Shown here: positions 53,626 through 64,000 of the stretch, piece by piece
Position numbering within the stretch: position 1 is the first letter of the stretch
Layout of the letters: each line of letters begins with the position of its first letter
Assembly (NCBI GenBank): GCA_030264375.1
Contig: JASCQW010000098.1
Span: forward strand, 42,219,538 to 42,283,537
Direction of reading: 5' to 3'
Source: Carcharhinus longimanus
Taxonomy: Eukaryota
Length of the DNA stretch: 64,000 nucleotides
The notes under the pieces: generated by a model
The model's database searches: none
What the model was told of the DNA's origin: nothing
The model's input: only the letters and a program-made list of their open reading frames with translations
Program-made: the position numbers and the translations under genes

Positions 53626-56093
53626 GTAAGTAAATATTGTTGCATCTGAGTTTTCACTTCAACAATAAATCAGCATGCATTCATGTATTGCTTTTAGTGT
53701 AGTGGAACATCACCAAGCTCTTCATAGGAGCATGAGTAAACTATTTGATGCCAAGCCATGTAAGGGACATTAGGACAAAAGTTTGGACCAGAAAGTTTTA
53801 AAGAGCATCTTAAAAGAGAATAGAGAGGCTTAGAAGGGAATTCCAGAACTTAGAGTCTAGTGTCAAGAAGTGCTAGGATTCTATTAACATGAATATTTTT
53901 TGCACAAGTAAAATCAAACTGCCATGCAATTTGTAAACCATGTCTGGGCAGCAACGTTGGGAAAGAAAAGAACAGAGAGCAGGGTGTTCTTTGCAATTGA
54001 TGCAATTAGTAGTCAAGAGTGCTGAGAGTCAGGAAGCAGTTTAGATACAGATGGGATTGTGAAGAAACAGCAGCAAGAAAGAGAGAGGCAGCCATCCTCA
54101 GGAAACAGCTGAGCTAGAGATGAAATGCTAAAGGCAAAAAGCAATTTATGAAAAAATTCATTTTCTTCACTGAACTGAAGATTATTCCCACGCCCTGGTC
54201 ACTTAAACTGCACAGGGTGATAATCACTAGCTAGTTTTGACCAGTAGATGGATGGTTGTTGTTTGGAAACAGAGTCTCAGCAAACTTTAGGATTATGTGG
54301 GGAAGAAATACTTTTGGGTATGCTAATGAGCTGTGCAAAGTTCCTATCAGCATATGCCTTTTTAATTCCCTAAGATTCTTTAGTTACACTAAGTTTGCCA
54401 GTTTTGAATAGTTATTTCACTGCTAATCATTATTTACTTTAGAAATTTAGATTAATCTCCCAGTGGCTTGATTGGTAATACTGTTAGTAAGGCTTAAATT
54501 AGCCAGTTGCTTCTGTATACCGAGACTAATCTTGGAGGTAACAGTATTATTTATTTGCTGAGCACCTGACTGGAATTTGAATACTTGGGTACCTGTCACC
54601 TGTAAAATAAATTTATTGTGGGAAACGGGTTAAGCTATTTCTGGGAGAGGTGGCAACACACTGTAAAAGTTTTTTTAAAGTAACAGTCACATAACTGCCA
54701 AGGCTGTAGAGACAGTAATCTTGTAACATTTTAATCCAAACCAGCATTCTGGACAGCTTTATCAAAATATTTTAATGTAGTGCTGTCTGGTGTATCGGAG
54801 GAGAGAGAAGGGAAGAGGTGGAACAAATTTGGCCTGGGGGACAGAGAAATAGAGGGATCACAGAACACCAGAGAAATGCAATGAGGGTAAAGATGGAAGA
54901 TGGCAAAAAAGGAAAGTGTAAAACAGGTAAAAAGAGATGAAGGGAAAGGGGAGAGGTGAGGAAAGAGAGTCACAAAAGTGAGGGTTCTCAATCCTGCTAG
55001 ACCAATTGAAAGGTCATTTTAATGCACCTCTCCACCAGCTGAATTCTTTTTATACTGAAAACTACCTCCTTGAGACACCCAAAATTCCTTTCAGTGTGGG
55101 GGGGATGCTGGCATCCGGAGGTGCAATTGTGGACAGAGCATCTTTTGTTCATTTCCACATATCCACTGAGGCCAAGTTGTGTTTACAGGAGTGTGGCAAT
55201 GTGGTGCTGCCACTTTTTCCTACTCCAAGATAATTCAGTCACATTGAATAGGTAAAAGAGATGGTGATAGAATTCACTCACAACATTCTCCTCAGGTGGA
55301 GGAAAATGGGCTGCTAAGCAATGCTTCTTTTTTACACTTGGTATAAAAATATTTTTTGTTTGCGGAGTTGGAAATATGTGTATATGTCTTGTTTCATATT
55401 TCATCATTTGCAGTTGTCAGGATGTCAGGAATTAGGGGCAGGACTTTCCAATCTCTATTCATTCCCAATGTCAGCAAGAATGGAGAATTTGGCGCTCAGC
55501 CAAAATTCCATTCACTTCAGCAATACCAGAGAATCGCAGCCGCGGACAAGATCAAGGGTTTGCGGCAAAGGTGTCAGAAATTTTTTAGATGCTGCCAAAA
55601 TTCACTTCAAAAGACAAGTGACTACTTCACCTCAGCTTCACATGGTTCAGCGAAAGTCGGGTTAGCACAGACACNNNNNNNNNNNNNNNNNNNNNNNNNN
55701 NNNNNNNGTGCAAGCAAAGATACCCTTGCAGTTTAAAAACTCCAAATAATGAACCCACAGATATAATGAAATTACAGGCAGTATAATGGGTTTGTTCAGA
55801 AGGAAAATTGTCAAGGAAATATGCTCATTGGGTTTGGATTTATAAATTCAGCAGTACTGATTGTGACATTCCAAATGAACAAGTGATTTCCAAGTATCTA
55901 ATGTTAGTAATTGAACATAATCTTTGAGGTCATTTTAGCCTAATTACATCCTTTTCATTTGTTTCTTCCATATTTGTCAAAAGTGGTAATTTCTATTCAA
56001 AGTAATTACTGAATTTGATGTCATACATGCAAAGTCAAAATTTGAAATGGAATCACAGTCTCTCTCTTAATCTATTTGCATGATTAATTCTAG

Positions 56094-56172
56094 GATTCCT
56101 AAAGGAACAGGGCCAGGTTGTTACCTGTCAGGAACTTTAACTCTGTCAAAGAGTGAACTAGGAAAGAAAGCT
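56094..56172 (+). CDS. TPP2: TPP2 exon (~exon 23), IPKGTGPGCYLSGTLTLSKSELGKKA
   Basis: tctag|G...GCT|gtgag; 79 nt. Confidence 0.96.
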
Positions 56173-57292
56173 GTGAGTACATAGCTCTTTCAAATCTGCC
56201 AGATACCTTTAATTTACTATGCAGTGTATTTCATCTAATTTATTCAATTCATTCTGATATTGCCTGACATGCAAACCTCTGCTTCTATAACACTTTCCTT
56301 CTACGATACGAGTACTATTTATTGGTTTCTGCTTCTGCATGCACCCGGGAATAGTCAAATTTGAGGGTTGTTTGGTATTCCTGTGTTATTAATTTATGCT
56401 ATTCAGACATATCCAAGCAGAATAAAGTTCTTTGATTTTTTGAGCAGCAGCTCATTGCTCTGTGAAAGTATGTTCTGTCTTTGTATAAAAGCACCATACA
56501 AATACAACAGACACAATATATTAACAGTATGTTTTGAATTAGACATCCCCTCATAATAAAAAACACTTGCAACTCGCCAGATTCAAATAATTAGTATGGA
56601 TTGTAAGGATGCAATTACAAATTGTTAAATTTGCATGTTGTTAAAATGTCAGAATCTGGAACAATTCACATTTATTTACTAATGTGCCATTTTAGAGTTG
56701 TTGAAAATATTTAACTGAATAAAAATTGGTTGATGTTTTAATTAGCTTTCGGTTATTCCTGTACATATTTCATGCCTGTACATTCTGTAAATATGTAATC
56801 TAGTTACTCCTACATAATGCCATATATTTTTTACTATAGATGAGCAGTTATGGTTTAAACATGTGAATGATGGCAACAGTTTAAAAAGAAATTAACTTCT
56901 GAATTAAAGTATTTGACAATTCTATTTCATGAGGCAGGAAGTGACTTCAGATCAATCACAGCTGAAAATGACTTCAACTACTGAGAAGGATGCTGTGTAG
57001 CTTAGGAAAGTTTAGTATAGCTTGGTCTAAAATGTTCTTTTATTCCATCGCATCTGTTTAGATCAAATTCTAGCTTTTCTCGTCTATAGAAATTAAATTA
57101 AGTCTCCTTGATTTGGCTTATACAACCATATAGTGCATATCAGTAAGGGAGTTCTTAATGTCAATCTTGAGTTGGCAGGTTTTTGTTTCTTTTCAAAAAG
57201 GGTACCAACAGAACCCCAAAATGTATTAGAGAAGGTCTCCAAATTGTGCAGTGTCTGCATGTTTTCTTACATTATGTTGTTCTGACACCTAG

Positions 57293-57331
57293 GGGCAGGC
57301 TGCTTCAAAACGTCAAGGAAAATTTAAAAAG
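57293..57331 (+). CDS. TPP2: TPP2 39-nt cassette exon (~exon 24), GQAASKRQGKFKK
   Basis: cctag|GGG...AAG|gtactg; phase 0-0; matches the 13-aa mammalian splice-variant insert GQSAAKRQGKFKK that follows ELGKKA. Confidence 0.93.
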
Positions 57332-58229
57332 GTACTGCATTGTCATCTGTCACTATGCTATTTATTGTGATTCTAACAATTTTTAAAGTCTGACTGAAAT
57401 TTCTGAGATCTTCCAGTGCACATGAGGACGTTTTTAAAATATATTGTACTATTTAACTTCAACCAATAAATTATTGTTTTAACTAAAGAGACCTACAAAA
57501 TAAAACTGTAAGCATAACTTATATTTTTTGATCAAGCAGTTCCCCTTGTGACCAAGTAAAATTAGTTGTTTAGGAAAGTATTTCAGAATAAATTATGAAT
57601 TTGGATGGCATTACATTTGTTTCAATTGTTGAATTGTCACTCTGTACTTAACTTTGGATGCCCTGCAACTGCTTGATCTAAGTTCAATTCAATTAGATAG
57701 CTGCATTTTCTAAGAAAATGATGCAAACACTTGCAAATCCTAACTCCTTCGCACTTATGAAGGTGCTATCGAGAGACTTGGTCTTTAGTATGATACTCTA
57801 TATTTATTGCTTGATGTCAATATTGATACCATTCAGTGTGATTCTGAAGATAAGAGATCACTTTATTATTAACAAAATCCTGTTTTTTTTTTAAAAGCAA
57901 GTAAATTATTTGCTCAATGTTCTTGAAATCTCTTGGTTTTTAGTATCATCCACCCAAATTAGAGTTCTGATATGAGAATTGGCCTGCAAAATGCATTGTC
58001 AGTAGATGGTTCGGATACCATAGATCAGCCATCCTGTAAGTTTATATCCCTGCAGCGTAACGGCTCCTTTGGATTGTACTGATAAAGCAAAATTAATTCA
58101 ATGGTTAAAAAGATCTTTCTAGATCATGATAACCCTGTTGCTCTTAGAGGCATTACTACAAAATAACATTTAATAATTGGTTAGAAAAATGTGCTGTGCC
58201 AAAAAACAGCTGGATAGATAATAGTTAAG

Positions 58230-59535
58230 GGGGACAGAAGTGTCTCGGGAATTATAAATCAGTCAGTTTAACATTGGTGGTAGTTAAAGTAATGGAATCA
58301 CCTCAAAAAGAGGGAATAGAAAAGCATGTTGAAATAGCCTTATTGATTTGTTGAGGATATAACAGAGGGAATAGACAAAAGTTATACAGTAGGTGTAATT
58401 TATTTGGAATTTCTGAATGCCTTTGTTAAGGTGCCCAAAATAGGCTAATGAATAGAGTTGGATAATGCAATATCAGGGGAAGCGTGACAGAAAGAATTGT
58501 TAATTGGTTTCAGTATCAAAAGCAGGAAGTGGAAGTAAAAGATGGTTATTCAGAGTGGCAAAAGGTGAGAAGTTTAACAATGTGGACTTTGGAATCTAAA
58601 ACACAATTTCTAAATTTATGGATAACATCAAGTTTGGGGGATAGTGAATCCAGAGGAGAATTTCAATTACAGGAGATTAATAAACATGCAGGTTAGGCAA
58701 ATAATAAAGTTGAACACAAATATGAGAAGCTAGGGAGACCACTTATTATTTGGAAGATGCACATCTGGAAGGGGTACAGTAACAAAGGGATCAATCACTA
58801 AAACTTGAGCAAGACTATTGTAAAAAAAAACACTAGATTTTCTTTTTAAAGGGATAGAATTGAAAAGTGACGAATAAAAACAGGAAGTGTTGGAACCACA
58901 CAATTGGTGAGGCAGCATCTGTGGAGAGCAAAACAGTGTTAATATTTCAGGCCAATGATTCTTCTCTTCACAGATGTTTGTCTGATCTGCTGAGTATTTC
59001 CAGCATTAGTTGTTTTAATTTCTGTATTCAGTTTCTGAAAAATAGGAAAATTATGCTAAATTTGTATCGAAACTTGATTAGATCACACTTGCGAATACTG
59101 CAAGCAGCATGATATTACAGAAGTAGCTTTTATGCAGTGGGCTAATTGCAGGAAAGATTTATTGGGCTTATACCAGAAATTCAAATGTACACATTTCAGG
59201 AAAGGATCAGGTCTCTTTTCTCTCTTCAAAAGACTGAAGGGTGACCTCATAGAGGTCTTTAAAATCATGAAAGGTTTTGACAGAATATTTCTTCTTAGAG
59301 CATAACTCAAGGCAATCAATGTAAGGGCAGTATATGTGGAACTTGCTGCCACAGGGAGTGGTTGAAGCAGACAGTATAACTGCATTTAAGAGGAGCTTGA
59401 CAAGTATTTGAGAGAGAAAGGAATGAAACATTATAACAGATTTAGCTGAAGAAAGATGACAGGAGGCTAGAGTGGGACATAAATAGCAGTGTGGATTGAT
59501 CGGTCCAAATAACTAGAGTCTGTACATCCTCTGTA
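58230..59535 (+). mobile_element. Old CR1 LINE fragment with a nested PLE foldback mini-element (58868-59035)
   Basis: RT remnants and MLNLYRNLIRSHL; insert flanked by tgaaaa. Confidence 0.7.
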
Positions 59536-59950
59536 AACTTAGCCACAATTGTAGATATTTTTTAAAATGTTACCAACAAGCTGAAGCTATATCAAATTTA
59601 TTTTTGCAGGGTGGAATCTTGAATCCTAAGAGTTGGTATTAATTGATGTCCTTCCTTGGACAAAATGTTGTTTCCTTACATTGCTACCCTTATTTTCCAA
59701 GTGTGGATTATTGCAGCTGGAGACCAAATGACAACTTAAATTGCATCCATACCGCAGTGGCACTCCAAGTGGCAAGCATATTATACAAATATAGTTTGTT
59801 CAAAGTTGATTAATTCAAGTTATCTGATAATTCAAACATTCAGTTCAAAAGCATAACAGTTCACTTTGTTGTGTCATTTATTGCTTAATCAGATTATTGG
59901 AAAGTTCAGTTTTTGGTGAATTGTCAGAAACAGACTGCATGAAATTGGGA

Positions 59951-60496
59951 CAGAAAATGCTGGGAAATCCAAAAGGTGAGGCAGCATCTGTGGAGAGAGA
60001 ACAGAACTCATGCTTTGAGTCTGGATGATCCATCGTCAGCTCTGACAAAGCATCATTCAGACTCAAAACCTTAGCTCTGCTCTCCACAGATGCTGTCAGG
60101 GGGGTACAGTAGCACTGTGGTTAGCACTGCTGCCCCAAGCACCAGGCAGTGGTTTGGTTCGATTCCCAGCTTGGTTCTCTGTCTGTGGGAGTTTGCACAT
60201 TCTCCCCACATCTGCGTGGGTTTTCTCCAGGTGCTTCGGTTTCCTCCTACACTCCAAAGATGTGCAGGTTAGATGGATTGGCCATGCTAAATCCCTTAGT
60301 GTCGGGGGATTAGCTAGGGTAAATGCATGGGATTATAAGGATAGTGCCTGGGTGGGATTGTGGTTGGTGCAGACTGGACGGGCCGAATAGCCCTCTTCTG
60401 CACTATGGGATTCTATGATTCTATGACCTTTGAGATTTTACAGTAATGTTCTGTTTTTGTTTCGGATTCCAATATCCACAGTAATTTACTTTTGTA
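59951..60496. mobile_element. PLE-derived palindromic mini-element with two head-to-head hammerhead motifs, perfect 15-bp TSD, interrupted by a SINE
   Basis: TGCATGAAATTGGGA at 59936-59950 and 60497-60511; palindrome centre gtcag-ct-ctgac at 60035-60046. Confidence 0.8.
60101..60425 (+). mobile_element. HE1-like V-SINE nested in the PLE mini-element
   Basis: tRNA-like head, V core, tail ending (attctatg)2. Confidence 0.88.
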
Positions 60497-60532
60497 TGCA
60501 TGAAATTGGGATTCATCTAGCTTGATACATAA

Positions 60533-60671
60533 TGGCTGGAATTTTCCAGTCATTCACGCTGGCAGGATTCTCTGATCGTGCTGCAAGTGAATGGAATTTT
60601 GGCTGAGCACCAAATTCTCTGTCCTCATTGGCAGTGGCAGCAGGGCTTGAGCAGCCATAAAGTTCTGGCCA
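60533..60671. mobile_element. MITE-like element (inverse copy at 55435-55560)
   Basis: Termini tggctggaatttt / aaagttctggcca; shared core gaatggaattttggctgagcaccaaattctc. Confidence 0.6.
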
Positions 60672-63179
60672 GTTTCTTTTGCACTACCTAATAAGATATT
60701 AGCATCTTGCATTTATATTAGCACAAAAGTGCATTGTGTGCATTAGTTATTCTTGGTTATCTGTTAATAGTGTGCTTTCATCCACAACTTGAAATCTGTA
60801 ACTAGCCCTATTGATGAAAAACTCTAAAATTATTTTCCTCAGTTTCCAATGGTTCACTAAGTAAACTCACTATTTAGTGTGCCATTAGTCACAGACCAGG
60901 CAATCCTAGAATCCTGGTACGTTCTGATCTCTGCTATCATCTACTCATGCCTGCCTGCATAAATTGTAGACATCGGACATGAGTGGGATTGGGGTTAATT
61001 TGGTTGGAGTGTTTTCTGTGATCAGATTGCCTCATGATACTTGCTGTCTCGCCCTGAGCACCAAGAGAAGTCAAATTCTGAACTATTGCATCAAGCAGTC
61101 GAGCTTTTTCTCATCTTCATTGAGCACTGTAGCATTATTCATATACTTTGAAAATTAAGGTTAAAATAAGAATAGAACAAGCATGAAACAAAAAAAAGTG
61201 TGATTGATCAGGATTCTGTTTTAATAGATAATCTATTCCATCCCATTCATTAAATCCGCTGATGGGAAGTCCTGATTTGGACTGCTTTCCATTGGATATT
61301 TCATGGGAAGATTGAGGGAAAATTGGGAAGAGAGGAAATGTAGTTGCAGGTCCTTAGCTGTGATATTAAATTGAATTATGTTAGTAAGTCTTTACTCTTC
61401 TGGATTCTTACTCATTGCAATTTAGTAATCCATGCTGAAGTACTCTGGTGTATTGGGTGAGAACGGGATTGATTAGCCTTGGGTGTGATGCCCATGTTGT
61501 CAAATGGCTTTCTAGCCTTTGAAGTTAACACTCAATCATGAGCAGTGGCTGTTGGTGTCAGGCATTTGCGGAATACTAACGAGATAAAAGTTCTCTCCTT
61601 TAGAGATAAAAGAAGAAAAATACTTATTGGAAAAGAGAGAAATTACATCAATCTGAAAGTGACAGACTGTACACTTGGGCATGATCTGAGAGATCACTAT
61701 ATAGCATTTTTGGGCTTTTCAGGGAGGACTTTCTTTTAATTAAAGTATGCCACCTGGTTCCTTAAGACAATGTACCAAATCTCCTTTCATCCTTTCTTCT
61801 TTGGGGTGTTCAGGGAGCATCATTNNNNNNNNNNTTCCCCGGTGCTCATACTTCTTTTGAACTCAAAGATGTACAATGGGGTTTTCTGTTACATGAAAAT
61901 AAATATAAAATAATGAAGTGGACTCGTCAATAATATATGCCATTAGCTAGTTTGCAAGTAATTAATTAGGATTAAACTTTTGCATTTTAGTATTTCAGTT
62001 TTAAACCTGGCACCCCAGTGTCATGTGATGAATGGTACTTGTGGAATGAAGGACATGAAACAATATTTTCCTGTACTGATGAATTAACAAGTTGTCATTT
62101 TTGTTAATGGTATGTTTATTGATGAAACAGAGAGATGAAATCCAGGGCCACCAGCTAATGACTTCAGTTTTCTCACACATGTTGAGGGAGTTCCTGCTTT
62201 CAATTGACTATTTGATGGCTTTTATATAATGTACATGTCTTCTATTTCATGAAATGATGTTCAACTTTACCTCTCTACAGCACCCCTGACTTAATGGCAG
62301 TCATGCTATCTACACATCAACTATGAGCTAAAACTATCTCAACATTTTCAGGCTAAGGGCAATCTCGTTCAATTCTCTTAACTAAGCCCTCATTGCAAAC
62401 CAACTGGCTACTCAGGTTGAACCTGATTGTGTACAATATGAGCGGAAATTTCTTTAGAAATGGCAAAGTGTCAGGTTCTGACTGTAAACCAGCAGAACAG
62501 CTAGGGTTTCTGACCAGATCTTCTGACGCCTTGTCAATAAAAAGCAGGGGGTATCATGTTTTGCACCATCATTCTTGAGGGGTGGGGTGTAAACATGCTG
62601 GCAAAGCTGGCTCCTCCAAAAGGATGCCCTGATCTCAGAAAAAAAAACCCACCTCCCTAATCCTGTTCCCTGTTCATGACCACATCGGGGTGACACTGGC
62701 TGCTGCATCCCAGCGTCATCAGCTCAACTGATTCCCACAGATGTGACATCGGGTAGGGGGGGAGAGCGGCGGTGGGTGAAATCTGATGTCCTCAGAAGCT
62801 ATGATGTCATGCCATTTAGAAATATTTGAATCCATGCAAATTGATGATACTCAGGTAAATGGCGAGCTGATCACATCGTTGGCAAGGCGGAGCAGGAATG
62901 ATCTAATTCTGAAACCTTCCTAGTGCAAATCCCATTATGACTCTCCCGTGAGAGTCAGTGGCCACAACGGGATTTGCACCTTTGGTGAACGGGCCCAGAA
63001 AATCACAGCATACAAGTGCTCTGTTTGACCCTGACTTGAGTTTCAGACCCCTATTTCCACATTGTAATCTTGCCCATCGCCATCCCTGTCTCTTCCTTAT
63101 CATTGCTGAGCTTTTCATCCTACCATACAGACTCAACATCCCAATGTTCTCATCCCCTGCCTCAGAAGTACTAAATACA

Positions 63180-63700
63180 CAGGAGCGATTCTCCCATCCC
63201 GCTGCACTCTCCTGAGTGCCTGTCTTAGCATCAGATTTCTGGCACTGTCAACTTTGCACCAGAAATAGGCATGGAGCTGCATTAGGTATACAGGGGGTGG
63301 GGGTGGGTGAGTTATAATGAATACCAATATGATTAGCGGGCTCAGGACTGCAGTCCCTGGGTCCGTTAGATCCCACCCTGCCTCCGTCCACCAGAGTTTG
63401 TCACACCAGCGGGGTTTAGGGTAGCTCCTCACTTTCGGAGAGCTAGCGGCCTGACCCTGCTGAAGTGAGGGAAAGACAGTCAGGGCCCCCCAGAGGGACA
63501 GGAGTACCCCATGGGGCATTGTCCCCCCTTTGGCACTGTTCATTGGATATTCTCAGGGGATGGAGCCTAGTGGGCAGGCCTCAATGAGCGATCAGTGGGG
63601 ATTGGGCGGGTCCTGCTACCACTCTGCATAGGGAGTGGTGAGGGAAGAAGGGAGACGGGGAGGGGGTGGTGGTGGTGGTCAGCACTGCCAGAGAAAGTTT
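63180..63700. mobile_element. GC-rich DNA-transposon-like fragment
   Basis: Terminus ggagcgattctccc, similar to 24772 (gaggcgattctccc) and 36604-36618 (reverse). Confidence 0.45.
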
Positions 63701-64000
63701 CAGGAAGATCAAACAATCCGATTGCATAATCTTTTGAGCAGATCAAAATTCATTTACCCTTTTTGAGTTACTGAGTATTAAAAAGCATTAGTATTCCTAA
63801 TTTCCAGCAACTCTTGTCATTTTACCTAACTTTTTTTTAAGATGTTAAAGAATGAGCTGATTTGTGTTGTTTTTGTTCATATCATATTACTGCCTGTCGC
63901 ATCTGCCGTCATCCATCATGAAACTAGAAATCTATGGACTTTGTTTAACTGTAGTAAAGCTATTACCGATCAAACAGAAAAATGTTAACCTAAAGATGTT

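Noticed and set aside
56938-57000. Possible extra exon EVTSDQSQLKMTSTTEKDAV in intron 23
   Set aside because: No polypyrimidine tract, no good donor, in-frame stop and no TPP2 similarity.
57332-64000. Next TPP2 exon (DVIPVHYYLI...)
   Set aside because: Not found by eye on the plus strand; presumably beyond the window end.

Overview
Eukaryotic draft-assembly DNA with N gaps, almost certainly from a shark or other elasmobranch, judged from HE1-like V-SINEs and shark-type CR1, L2 and Penelope repeats. The whole window lies inside one plus-strand gene, tripeptidyl-peptidase II (TPP2). I traced 17 consecutive GT-AG coding exons by hand, provisionally exons 8-24 by human numbering. They run from [26 protein letters not shown], through the oxyanion-hole Asn (SSAGNNGP) and catalytic Ser (NGTSMSSP), to the 39-nt cassette exon GQAASKRQGKFKK. 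Frames join correctly at every junction, except that the catalytic-Ser exon is split by a small gap with duplicated sequence. Introns are filled with decayed retroelements (CR1, L2, Rex1/Babar, RTE, Penelope-like elements or PLEs, SINEs) and small DNA-transposon-like elements. Most notable: (i) at least eight minimal type-I hammerhead ribozyme motifs in PLE-derived repeats, including a head-to-head double-hammerhead mini-element with a perfect 15-bp target-site duplication (TSD) and one sense-strand copy with an intact core; (ii) the 13-aa alternative exon known from mammals, with nearby splicing-regulator motifs; (iii) a ~650-bp local duplication bracketing exon 10. Most ORFs in the supplied track are repeat-derived or spurious. 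No database searches were run; family assignments come from recognising motifs, and repeat boundaries are approximate.
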